64,000 nt of DNA from Candidatus Marinacidobacterales bacterium (GTDB lineage: Bacteria > Acidobacteriota > Vicinamibacteria > Marinacidobacterales > SMYC01), in assembly GCA_965224085.1 (NCBI GenBank), contig CBDCYI010000011.1, positions 960,001 through 1,024,000 on the forward strand. Direction: 5' to 3'. Positions 50,161 to 61,757 of the stretch are shown here, piece by piece. A model generated the notes under the pieces. The model was not told the origin of the DNA. It saw only the letters and a list, made by a program, of their open reading frames with translations, and did not search any database. How positions within the stretch are numbered: position 1 is the stretch's first letter; each line of letters begins with the position of its first letter. Both the position numbers and the translations under genes were made by a program.

Positions 50161-51005
50161 GGTGAACCGCTCGTATCGAGCGCGCGCTCGATCGCGACCA
50201 GCCGTCCGAGAATCTCTGCGAGATCTTCGAGCGGGCAGCTGTTCGGGCCGTCGGACTTGGCGTGCTCCGGACGGTCGTGGACTTCCATGAAGATCGCGTC
50301 GACGCCGCAGGCGACACCTGCCGCGGCGAGCTCGCGAATGTATCGCGCCTGGCCGCCCGAGGACTTCCCGGCGCCGCCGGGAAGTTGCAAGCTGTGGGTG
50401 ACGTCAAAAACGAGCGGGGTGCCGCTCTCCCGTATGATCGGGAATCCGCGCATGTCCACGACGAGGTTGTTGTAGCCGAAGGTCGTGCCCCGCTCGGTGA
50501 CGAGAACGTTCGGGTTACCCGTACTCTTGGCTTTTTTTGCCGCGTGTGCGATATCCCACGGCGCGAGGAACTGCCCTTTCTTGATATTGACGGCCTTGCC
50601 CGTAGCGGCAGCGTCGAGAAGAAGATCCGTTTGTCGGCACAAGAAGGCCGGGATCTGCAGCAGCTCGCAAACCTCGCCGATGGGCCCGGCTTGCTCGCGC
50701 TCGTGCACGTCGGTCGTTACCGGTATCCGGAAGCGCTCGCGCACACCCTCGAGGATCTCGAGCCCGTGCTCGAGGCCAGGTCCGCGAAAGCCGTCGATCG
50801 CGGTGCGATTGGCTTTGTCGAAGGAGGCTTTGAAAATGTAGGGAATCCCGAGAGGTTCGCAAATGGCCTGGATCTGCTCGGCCATGAAGAATGGGTGCTC
50901 GTCGCTCTCGATGACGCAAGGGCCGGCGATAAGCGCGAAGCGTCGCCCGCCGCCGATTTCGACAGAGCCGACATGAACGGCCTCAGTACGGATCGGGTGC
51001 GGCAT
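50157..51005 (-). CDS. kdsA: KDO 8-phosphate synthase
   Basis: AGPCVIES, SFDKANRT, QIPAFLCRQT, KKGQF, DVTHS. Confidence 0.97.
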   Translation of the reverse strand: MPHPIRTEAVHVGSVEIGGGRRFALIAGPCVIESDEHPFFMAEQIQAICEPLGIPYIFKASFDKANRTAIDGFRGPGLEHGLEILEGVRERFRIPVTTDVHEREQAGPIGEVCELLQIPAFLCRQTDLLLDAAATGKAVNIKKGQFLAPWDIAHAAKKAKSTGNPNVLVTERGTTFGYNNLVVDMRGFPIIRESGTPLVFDVTHSLQLPGGAGKSSGGQARYIRELAAAGVACGVDAIFMEVHDRPEHAKSDGPNSCPLEDLAEILGRLVAIERALDTSGSP

Positions 51006-51012
51006 TCGGCAT

Positions 51013-52680
<1,668 letters not shown>

Positions 52681-53421
52681 TTACACTGTGCTGTTCTCGT
52701 TCACGCTCAGAAAATAGCGGACGTGCTCGAGATCGGCTTCGGTGTCCACAGACATACTGTCATAAGACGTGCTTTTCAAGCGGATCGGAATCCCGTTTTC
52801 GAGCGCGCGCAGCTGCTCGAGACGCTCGGCCTTTTCGAGCGGGCTCGGAGGCAAGCGCGTGAGCTTCATGAGCACGTCCTTTGGGTAGACATAGAGCCCG
52901 ATATGCTTGAAAAACGGCGGTTCCCCCGGGCATGCCCATGCCGAGGGGATGGGCGCGCGGGAAAAATATAGCGCGAAGCCGCGGCTGTCGGTGACGACCT
53001 TGACAACGTTCGGATCGAGCCACGTCTTGCGCTCAGCAATCTCGCTTTGCAAGGTGACGATGGCGCCCGGCGTTTCTTGCGCGACTCGGACGGCGTCGTC
53101 GATGGCGGCGGGGTCAATGAGGGGCTCGTCCCCTTGAACGTTCACGATGAGCTCGATGTCGAGCTCCTGGACCGCCTCGGCAATGCGGTCGCTTCCACTC
53201 TGGTGCTCGGGTGACGTCATGACGACCTCGCCTCCGAAGGCGGCTACGACATCACGGATCCGCTCGTCATCGGTCGCAACGAGAACACGGTTGACTCGGT
53301 TTGCTTGCGAGGTGCGCTCATAGACGCGCTCCACCATCGTTTTGCCGTGGAGGTCTTTGAGAGCCTTTCCAGGGAGACGTTTGGATTGGAAGCGGGCAGG
53401 AATGACCGCGATCGTCCGCAT
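52681..53421 (-). CDS. kdsB: CMP-KDO synthetase
   Basis: IPARFQSKRLPGK, NVQGDEP, YFSRAPIP, LEQLRALE. Confidence 0.97.
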   Translation of the reverse strand: MRTIAVIPARFQSKRLPGKALKDLHGKTMVERVYERTSQANRVNRVLVATDDERIRDVVAAFGGEVVMTSPEHQSGSDRIAEAVQELDIELIVNVQGDEPLIDPAAIDDAVRVAQETPGAIVTLQSEIAERKTWLDPNVVKVVTDSRGFALYFSRAPIPSAWACPGEPPFFKHIGLYVYPKDVLMKLTRLPPSPLEKAERLEQLRALENGIPIRLKSTSYDSMSVDTEADLEHVRYFLSVNENSTV

Positions 53422-53455
53422 TCAGTCGTGCGTTCCCATAAGAACGGTACGAGCG

Positions 53456-53484
53456 AGGATAGTGCGTGGGAGGACAGGTGTCAA
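53456..53484 (-). promoter_or_regulatory. Putative sigma70 promoter of the kdsB operon
   Basis: Minus strand TTGACA-17-TATCCT. Confidence 0.6.
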
Positions 53485-53554
53485 CTTCAGCATTAAGTTC
53501 AACGTTTTAGATCCCCATTCAGCCGGACTTCCGAATGCTGGTAAGCTACACGGT

Positions 53555-54517
53555 GTGCGTCTCATAGTCACTTTGGCGGTTATTTGCGGGATGGTCGCAC
53601 CGGTGCGGGCCACGGGGCAGTCGCGGGTGTTTCATCTTGGGGCTCGGGCGGCTTCGATGGGGGGGGCGTTTACGGGGGTTGCGGACGATGCCACGGCGTT
53701 TTATTGGAATCCGGCGGGCATCGCTTTTGGGCGGTTCGTCTCGGCTGGTTTTTATCATGGGCGGGACGAGATGGATCGGAAGGGGCTTCCGCTCGAAGCT
53801 CGGGCGACAGGGTTGTCGCTCGGTTATACCTTCATGGGGGTCGCTTTTACTCAGTTTCGTCAGACTTCCGCGGATGAGCGCCTCGATACGTTCGACGTGG
53901 CCGTGTCCGTTCTCCAATCACTTCCTTTGGACAATCTCGTGATCGCGGGGAATGTGCACTATCTTCGTGGCGAAACCTTTGGCGGCGAAGGGGCGGCGGG
54001 TGTTTCGAGCGATTCTTGGGACGTCGATTTGGGCGTTCTGTACGCGCCGAACGACTTCGTGCGTGCGGGGCTCATGGTCCGGCAAATTCGTGGAGCGCGC
54101 TTCCGGACCGCCGTCGAAGGCGGGACTCTCGAGCTTCCGACACTTGCCCGAGCTGGCTTGTCGTTTCGGCTGCCCTTCGAGGCCCTCGTTGCTCTCGATG
54201 TGGATCTTTCGCGTCAATCTCAATCGCGTCAATCTCATCAATCTCATCAGGCCCATCAGGCCCGTCCATCGCAGCAGGGGGTTTTGGACGATACCTGGCG
54301 TGAGATCTCGGTCGGCTTCGAGAAATCGTTCCTGGACAAGCGTCTCATCGTGCGGGGAGGGCTGCGCGCAGAAGCTGGATCGGCGCTCGGGTCTCGCCCC
54401 GCGTTCTCCGTCGGTGGCGGGGCCCAGTTCTGGTTGCTCGAGCTCGAAGCGGCCTTTTTGGGGTCCAGCGGGCGGCACGATGAAGCCTTCTGGCTCGGGG
54501 TCACCCTCGCCCGATAA
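53555..54517 (+). CDS. Outer-membrane beta-barrel (PorV/TraF/FadL-like)
   Basis: Signal peptide, GARAASMGGAFTGVADDATAFYWNPAG and amphipathic strands. Confidence 0.75.
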   Translation: MRLIVTLAVICGMVAPVRATGQSRVFHLGARAASMGGAFTGVADDATAFYWNPAGIAFGRFVSAGFYHGRDEMDRKGLPLEARATGLSLGYTFMGVAFTQFRQTSADERLDTFDVAVSVLQSLPLDNLVIAGNVHYLRGETFGGEGAAGVSSDSWDVDLGVLYAPNDFVRAGLMVRQIRGARFRTAVEGGTLELPTLARAGLSFRLPFEALVALDVDLSRQSQSRQSHQSHQAHQARPSQQGVLDDTWREISVGFEKSFLDKRLIVRGGLRAEAGSALGSRPAFSVGGGAQFWLLELEAAFLGSSGRHDEAFWLGVTLAR

Positions 54518-54540
54518 AGCCCGCCATCTCTTTGTACCCC

Positions 54541-54569
54541 TTGACATTACAGGGGGTGTCAGTTACCTT
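54541..54569 (+). promoter_or_regulatory. Putative sigma70 promoter of the pilB operon
   Basis: TTGACA-17-TACCTT, overlapped by the palindrome TGACA-N10-TGTCA. Confidence 0.6.
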
Positions 54570-54641
54570 TATTTATCTCGGTTATCCACTTTGAACGAAT
54601 CGCCTAGCCCGTCCTGACGTGACAGCCCGCGGAGTCCTTGG

Positions 54642-56364
54642 ATGCCTATAAAGCTCGGCGAGCTGCTGGTGAAAGAGAACCTCATCACCCCACAGCAGCT
54701 CCAAGAAGCCCTGCAGTATCAGAAACAGAACGGTGGAAAGCTCGGTCATAACCTAGTCAAATTAGGTTTCGTCAAAGACGAAGAGATCACTCAACTCCTC
54801 TCGCGCCAATACGGCGTCCCTTCGATCAACTTAGCTCGGTTCGAGATCGATCCGTCCGTCATCAAGCTCGTTCCTGCTGAAACGGCGCAGAAATACCAGA
54901 TCATCCCGCTTTCGCGTGCGGGAGCGAATCTTACCATCGCGATGGTGGACCCGACCAACGTCTTCGCCATGGACGACATCAAGTTCATGACCGGCTACAA
55001 CGTTGAGCCTGTGGTTGCCTCGGAAACGGCGATCATGGAGTCGATCGAGAAATATTACGGCTCCGTACACTCTCTTCAGATCAAAGAAGAAATGGACAAG
55101 CTCGTCGAGACGGACGAGTTCGGCGACGATGTGGAAGTGCTCGAGGAAGGCGACGAGATCGATCTGCAGGAGTTCGAAAGATCGACCGAGGAAGCGCCGG
55201 TCGTCAAGCTCTGCAATTTGATTCTGACCGACGCGCTCCGCCGGGGCGCGAGCGATATTCACATCGAGCCCTACGAAAGAGAATTCCGCGTCCGGTTCCG
55301 CATCGACGGCGTGCTCTACGTCGTCATGAACCCGCCGACGAAGCTTCGCGACGCGATGATTTCGCGCCTAAAGATCATGGCGAAGCTGGACATCTCGGAA
55401 AAGCGGCTGCCGCAGGACGGCCGTATCAAAATCCGCATGAACAATCAGGGAAAAATGCGCGAGCTTGACTATCGTGTCTCGACGCTCCCGACGCTCTGGG
55501 GCGAGAAAGTCGTGCTACGGTTGCTCGACAAAGAGAACCTCATGCTCGACATGACCAAGCTCGGCTTCGAAGTCGAATCGCTGAAACATTTCGAAGAAGC
55601 GATCTTCGAACCGGTGGGGCATGGTTCTCGTGACGGGGCCGACGGGTAGTGGCAAGACGAATACTCTCTATTCCGCCATCAGTCAGCTGAACACTCCCGA
55701 GACCAACATCATGACAGCGGAGGATCCAGTCGAGTTCAACCTCTCCGGCGTCAATCAGGTCCAGATGAAAGAGGCCATCGGGCTCAATTTTGCTGCGGCG
55801 CTGCGCTCGTTTCTGCGACAAGACCCAAACATCGTTCTCGTGGGAGAGATTCGAGACTTCGAGACGGCGGAAATCGCGGTCAAGGCCGCGCTGACAGGTC
55901 ATCTGGTCTTGTCGACGCTCCACACGAATGACGCGCCATCGACGGTCAACCGTCTGATGAACATGGGGATCGAGCCCTTCCTCGTCGCAACTTCGGTGCA
56001 TATGATAGTTGCCCAGCGTCTCGTTCGGCGCATCTGCAAAGAGTGCAAGGCCCCGATGGAGGTGCCGGCCCAGGCACTAATCGATGCCGGCTTCACACCG
56101 GAAGATGCGAAGGGCATTCAGCCGCAGAAAGGCCGCGGTTGTGGCACCTACAACAACACGGGCTACAAAGGGCGCGTCGGTCTCTACGAGGTCTTTCAGC
56201 TCACGGATGAAGTTCGCCAGCTCGTTCTCGAAGGCGCGTCCTCTATCGAGTTGAAACAACGCGCCATCGAAGACGGAATGATTTCGCTCCGCTATAGCGG
56301 GCTCCGAAAGGTCAAAGACGGCTTGACGACAATGGAAGAGGTCGTTCGCGAAACGGTCAGGTAG
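54642..56364 (+). CDS. pilB: Type IV pilus assembly ATPase PilB, frameshift near 55610
   Basis: MshEN-like [25 protein letters not shown]; [13 protein letters not shown] and LRQDP lie in the second frame. Confidence 0.93.
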
Positions 56365-56398
56365 CCGCGAACAGAAGCGACTGGAATGAGGTTTCGAT

Positions 56399-57540
56399 AT
56401 GGCGGTTAGCCTCCATCAGCTCTTGAAGACGATGCTCGAGATGGGCGGGTCGGACTTGCATGTCACCAACAACTCGCCGCCACAGATTCGCGTGGACGGT
56501 AAGTTACGGCCGCTCGATATGCCGCCTCTTACGACGGTAGAGACGAAGCAGCTCTCGTATAGCGTTCTAACCGACAATCAGAAGCACCGTTTCGAGGAGA
56601 ACCTCGAGCTCGATTTTTCGTTCGGTATCAAGAAGCTCGCGCGTTTTCGCGCGAACGTCTTCATGCAACGCGGTGCGGTAGCGGCCGTCTACCGAACGAT
56701 CCCCTATGAGATCAAAGGCTTCAAAGAGCTCGGGCTTCCGCCAGTGGTGGCTCAGATTTGCGATAAGCCGCGTGGCCTCGTGCTCGTCACTGGGCCGACG
56801 GGCAGCGGCAAGTCCACGACGCTCGCGGCCATGCTCGACAAAGTCAACAAAGAGCGGGCGGAGCACATCATCACCATCGAGGATCCGATCGAGTATCTCC
56901 ACAATCATCAGAAGTGCTTGGTGAACCAAAGGGAGATTCACTCGGATACCCACAGTTTCACGAACGCGCTTCGCGCCGCTCTGCGTGAAGATCCCGACGT
57001 CGTGCTCATCGGTGAAATGCGTGACCTCGAGACGATTGAAGCCGCGCTTCGTATCGCGGAGACGGGCCATTTGACCTTCGCGACACTCCATACGAACTCG
57101 GCGGCGCAGACGATCAACCGCATCGTTGATGTCTTCCCTGCGCATCAGCAGTCTCAGATTCGGGCTCAGCTCTCCTTTGTGCTCGAAGGCATCATGTGCC
57201 AGTCGCTCTTGCCCAAAGCGAGCGGCTCGGGCCGCGTCATGGCCATGGAGATTCTCGTTCCCAACTCCGCTATTCGGAACCTCATTCGCGAGGACAAGAT
57301 CCATCAAATCTACTCCAGCATGCAGACCGGCCAGGAGAAGCATGGCATGCAGACATGCAGACGTTCAATCAATCGCTCGCGACGCTCTATTTCAAAAAGC
57401 AAATCTCGCTTCAGTTCGCTCTCGCGCAGTCATCGAATCCGGACGAGCTCCAGGACATGGTCCATCGTGGTTCGGGCCTGACTCAGGGGGGTCGACCGCA
57501 GGCCCCGGCCGGCGGCCGGCCGGGAATGGTGCGGCGCTGA
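56399..57540 (+). CDS. pilT: Retraction ATPase PilT; an 8-bp duplication at 57347-57362 shifts the C-terminus
   Basis: GPTGSGKST, EDPIE, LREDPD, AIRNLIRE; MQTFNQSL continues in another frame. Confidence 0.95.
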
Positions 57541-57619
57541 CTTGGCTGACATCGCCGAAATCGGAAATCGATAATCGATGACGCGAAGCCGCAAAATGAG
57601 AGACTAAGGAGGCAACAAG

Positions 57620-58819
57620 ATGCCGGCCTACGTGTTCAAACGCAAGACTCGCGCAGGTGCCGCGACTTCGGGAGAACGCGCGGCGGATTCCAAAGATGCG
57701 GTGATCGCTATGCTCCGACGAGAACAGATTCTCGTCACGAGCGTCAAGGAGAAGGGCAAGGAGATAGCACTTCCGAAATTCGGCGGGGGCATCAAGAGCA
57801 AGGACGTCGCGATTTTCACACGACAGTTCTCGGTTATGATCGATGCGGGCTTGCCTCTCGTCCAGTGTCTCGAGATTCTCGGCACCCAGCAGGACAATCC
57901 CGGTTTCCAGAAGGTGCTCTTGACGGTGCGCCAGGATGTCGAAGGCGGCTCGTCCCTGGCCGACGCGATGAAGAAGCACCCGAAGGTTTTCGACGATCTG
58001 TTCACCAATATGATCGCTGCGGGCGAGGCTGGCGGTATCTTGGATACGATTCTGAAGCGCCTTTCGACCTATATCGAAAAGTCCGTCAAGCTGAAAGCGC
58101 AGGTCAAGTCGGCGATGGTCTATCCGGCGGCTGTCATCTCCATCGCTGGTCTGGTCGTCGGTGTCATCCTGTGGAAAGTCATCCCGACCTTCGCCGCTTT
58201 GTTCGCGGGACTCGGTGCGCAGTTGCCGCTTCCGACACGGATCGTGATCACGCTTTCGAACTGGGTTGTGCGGTTGATGCTTCCCGGCGTTCTCGCGGGG
58301 TTCGGGGCGGTGTACGGGCTCAAGCGCTACCACGAAACTTACAAAGGGCGGCGCGTGCTCGATGGGCTGGTTCTCAGGACGCCCATACTCGGGATGATCA
58401 TGCGGAAGATCGCGGTCGCGCGCTTTTGTCGTACTCTCGCGACGCTCATCTCGAGTGGTGTTCCCATTCTGGACGGGCTCGAAATCACGGCGCGGACGTC
58501 AGGAAATGCGATCGTCGAGGACGCGATCATGCAGACGCGAAAAAGCGTCGAAGGTGGTCAGTCGCTCGCCGGGCCGCTCAAGCAAACGGACGTTTTCCCA
58601 CCGATGGTCGTTCAGATGATCGCTGTCGGTGAACAGACTGGCGCTCTCGACAACATGCTCTCCAAGATCGCGGATTTCTACGAGGATGAAGTAGACACCG
58701 CCGTGGCCAACTTGATGACCCTGATGGAGCCGGTTCTGATTCTTTTTCTAGGAACCGTGGTTGGCGGAATCGTCATCTCGATGTACTTGCCCATCTTCAG
58801 CCTGATCAACAGTCTATAG
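57620..58819 (+). CDS. pilC: Type IV pilus platform protein PilC
   Basis: FTRQFSVMIDAGLPL, GEAGG, AMVYP, GEQTG, MYLPIF. Confidence 0.95.
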   Translation: MPAYVFKRKTRAGAATSGERAADSKDAVIAMLRREQILVTSVKEKGKEIALPKFGGGIKSKDVAIFTRQFSVMIDAGLPLVQCLEILGTQQDNPGFQKVLLTVRQDVEGGSSLADAMKKHPKVFDDLFTNMIAAGEAGGILDTILKRLSTYIEKSVKLKAQVKSAMVYPAAVISIAGLVVGVILWKVIPTFAALFAGLGAQLPLPTRIVITLSNWVVRLMLPGVLAGFGAVYGLKRYHETYKGRRVLDGLVLRTPILGMIMRKIAVARFCRTLATLISSGVPILDGLEITARTSGNAIVEDAIMQTRKSVEGGQSLAGPLKQTDVFPPMVVQMIAVGEQTGALDNMLSKIADFYEDEVDTAVANLMTLMEPVLILFLGTVVGGIVISMYLPIFSLINSL

Positions 58820-58916
58820 GCTGAGCTCAGGACGCGAGCTCCAGGAAGGGTGGCCCTCGCTCGTGCGCGCTACCATGCTTTCGAGGCGGGAGGACGGACC
58901 GAAAACCGCCTGACCC

Positions 58917-59543
58917 ATGAACTCCCAGAGGACGGCGCAAGCGGCACGAACCATCGCCGACACGGCGCTCGTATGGATGATGTTCCTGCGCGTCGTTGTG
59001 GTGACGGCGCTCATGGGCTCGGCGGTCATCGCGGAAGTCATTCGTAGACCTCGGGGAGCGTCAGACCCGCTCTACTCGCTCATCGCGCTCACCTACTTGC
59101 TCACGCTCGTCTACGCGCTCGCGTGGCCCTTCACCGCGAATTATCGGAAGCAGCTCGCCTACGTTCAGATCCTGGGCGATCTGCTCATTGTGACGGGGAT
59201 CGTATACTCGACGGGCGGCGCCGACAGCAATTTCTCCTCGGTTTACTTCATCGTCATCATTGCGGCGAGTATCATCCTTTTTCGCCGAGGCGGTTTCGTG
59301 GCGGCGAGCGCGGCCTCGGTACTCTATGGCTCACTTATTCAAGGGGATCTATCTCGGCGCCATTCCGCCATATGCGCCCGGTATTACATCCCCGGTCGTC
59401 ATGCCCTCTCAAGTCGTGGCCTACACGATATTCTTGAACGTCTTCGGTTTTTACGCGGTCGCGTTTCTTACGAGCTATCTTTCCGAGAATCTTCGTCTCA
59501 CCGGCCGCAAGCTGGAAGAGGCTTCCGATTTCCTCGCGGATAG
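58917..59543 (+). pseudogene. pilS: PilS-like sensor remnant: membrane domain only, kinase domains missing
   Basis: Multi-TM region with YSTGGADSNFS..Y and a frameshift near 59340; no HisKA/HATPase before pilR. Confidence 0.7.
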
Positions 59544-59559
59544 ATCGGAGGACGATCGG

Positions 59560-60942
59560 TTGAGCCGCATTCTTGTCGTTGATGACGAAGAGTCCATGCG
59601 CGAGCTTCTCGAGATAGCACTGGGGAAAGACGGGCATCGAATCACCTTGGCCGATTCTGGCGAGGCGGCGACGAAGCTCATCGATCAGAATTCGTTCGAC
59701 CTCGTGATCTCCGACATCAAAATGCCCGACATGAGCGGGGTCGAGGTTCTGCGCCACGTGAAGGAGACGGAGCCGGGCACGCCGGTCATCATGGTGACGG
59801 CCTATGCGTCGGCGGAAACTGCGGTAGAGGCTCTTCGCCTCGGGGCTTACGACTACCTCACCAAGCCGTTCAAAGTCGACGAACTCAAGGCCAATATTCG
59901 GAACGCTCTCGAGAAAAAGCAGCTCAAGGAAGAGGTGTTTCATCTGAAGCGAGAGCTTCGGCACAAACATGGACTCGATAACATGCTCGGTCGCTCACCG
60001 AAGATGGTCGAGCTATTCGAACATGTTCAATCCGTTGCCGCCACGAACAGCACCGTCCTGATCACGGGAGATAGCGGAACTGGGAAGGAGCTCGTAGCGC
60101 GCGCTCTCCACGTCGGCAGTACCCGCGCGTCGGAAGCATTTGTGTCCATCAACTGTGGTGCGGTTACGGAGACTTTGCTCGAAAGCGAGCTCTTCGGGCA
60201 CTTGAAAGGATCGTTCACGGGAGCGACTACCAATCACAAAGGGCTTTTCGAAGTGGCCCATCGCGGAACGATCTTCCTCGATGAGATAGGTGAAATGAGC
60301 CCGGCGATGCAGGTCAAGCTCCTGCGCGTGCTGCAAGAAAGGCGCATCCGCCGCATCGGCGGGGCGGAGGAGATCGAAGTCGACGTCCGGATTCTTGCCG
60401 CGACCAACAAGAACCTCGAAGAGGGTCTTCGGCAAAAAACGTTTCGTGAGGATCTGTATTACCGTTTGAACGTCATCCCGATCTGCGTGCCACCGCTACG
60501 CGAGCGCCGCGACGATATACCGCTTCTCGCCCAGCACTTTCTCGCGAAGGCCTGCAAATCGATGGGCAGGAACATCCGCAAGATCTCCGATCAGGCCATC
60601 GATCTAATGACGCGATACGATTGGCCCGGCAATGTCCGCGAGCTCGAAAACGTTATCGAGCGCGGTGTGGCGCTCGAGTCGACGAGAGTCATCCTGCCCG
60701 AGCGGCTGCCAGAGAAGGTTAGAACCTTTGGTGACGCTCCGGCCGACGGGCCCGAGGATGCTGGATCCGCCGTGCTGCCGGAGGAGGGTGTCGACTTCAA
60801 CGAGCGTGTCGCGACGATGGAGTCGCAACTCTTGTCCACCGCGATGGCGCGTTCGGGCGGCGTCCAGACCAAAGCGGCCAAGCTACTCCGAATGAACCTA
60901 CGTTCGTTCCGCTACCTGCTGCAAAAATACAACCTCCGGTAA
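59560..60942 (+). CDS. pilR: Sigma54-dependent response regulator (PilR/NtrC family)
   Basis: GGAGG plus TTG start; ILVVDDE, DIKMP, GDSGTGKE, GSFTGA, FLDEIGE, WPGNVREL and a Fis HTH. Confidence 0.9.
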   Translation: MSRILVVDDEESMRELLEIALGKDGHRITLADSGEAATKLIDQNSFDLVISDIKMPDMSGVEVLRHVKETEPGTPVIMVTAYASAETAVEALRLGAYDYLTKPFKVDELKANIRNALEKKQLKEEVFHLKRELRHKHGLDNMLGRSPKMVELFEHVQSVAATNSTVLITGDSGTGKELVARALHVGSTRASEAFVSINCGAVTETLLESELFGHLKGSFTGATTNHKGLFEVAHRGTIFLDEIGEMSPAMQVKLLRVLQERRIRRIGGAEEIEVDVRILAATNKNLEEGLRQKTFREDLYYRLNVIPICVPPLRERRDDIPLLAQHFLAKACKSMGRNIRKISDQAIDLMTRYDWPGNVRELENVIERGVALESTRVILPERLPEKVRTFGDAPADGPEDAGSAVLPEEGVDFNERVATMESQLLSTAMARSGGVQTKAAKLLRMNLRSFRYLLQKYNLR

Positions 60943-60947
60943 GTACG

Positions 60948-61733
60948 TTGACGGAGTTCGAAAGACCGGTCTGGCTGCTTCCCGCTTTCGCAGGATTTCT
61001 TGGGCTCGTCTGGGGGAGCTTCTTAAATGTTGTGATCCATCGGCTTCCCTTGGGGGAGTCGCTCGTGACGCCTCGCTCGCGCTGTCCCTCGTGCCGCAAG
61101 CTCGTGGGGTCCTATGACAACGTTCCGGTCGTGAGCTATATCTTGCTTCGTGGACGCTGTCGTCATTGCAGTGCTTCGATCTCGATACGCTATCCCGGGG
61201 TAGAGCTTGCTATGTCTGCCGCGTCGCTACTCTCGTTCATGAGACACGGGCCGAGCCTCGAATATCTCGTCGAGTTCGCCTTCGTCGCAGCGATGATCGC
61301 GCTCATTTTCATCGACTTCGATCACCAAATTCTCCCGGACAGCATTACACTTTCCAGCGTCGTTTTAGGGCTCGCGCTCTCTTGGCCCCGCGAGACGATC
61401 ACTTTCGTCGATGCGCTGAAAGGGGCCGTGCTCGGGGCTTCCGTCTTGTTCCTTGTGTCCGAGGCTTACTTCCTCCTCAAGAAAGTCGAGGGGATGGGTT
61501 TCGGTGACGTCAAGATGATGGGGATGGTCGGCGCCTTCGTCGGGTGGAAAGGTGTGCTGCTGACGTTGTTCCTCGGCTCGCTCGTCGGCTCCATCGTTGG
61601 CATCATCGTCATTCAAAAAAGCGGCGGGGACATGAAGACAAAGCTTCCGTTCGGCACGTTTCTCGGCATGGGCGCAATCGTGGCGATGTATGCTGGTGAG
61701 CGCGTGATCGAGTGGTATTCCGGTATGTTCTGA
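60948..61733 (+). CDS. pilD: Prepilin peptidase
   Basis: GSFLNVVIHRLP, CPSC..CRHC, FIDFD, GMGFGD, PFG. Confidence 0.95.
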   Translation: MTEFERPVWLLPAFAGFLGLVWGSFLNVVIHRLPLGESLVTPRSRCPSCRKLVGSYDNVPVVSYILLRGRCRHCSASISIRYPGVELAMSAASLLSFMRHGPSLEYLVEFAFVAAMIALIFIDFDHQILPDSITLSSVVLGLALSWPRETITFVDALKGAVLGASVLFLVSEAYFLLKKVEGMGFGDVKMMGMVGAFVGWKGVLLTLFLGSLVGSIVGIIVIQKSGGDMKTKLPFGTFLGMGAIVAMYAGERVIEWYSGMF

Positions 61734-61757
61734 GCCAGTACAGTAGAAACGAGCCCA

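Noticed and set aside
53555-54517. TraF/PorV-like barrel as evidence of conjugation or type IX secretion
   Set aside because: The N-terminal motif is shared across FadL-like barrels, and no other tra or T9SS genes are in the window.
55590-55650. Programmed frameshifting in pilB or pilT
   Set aside because: No slippery heptamer with a stimulatory structure is evident; these ATPases are normally continuous ORFs.
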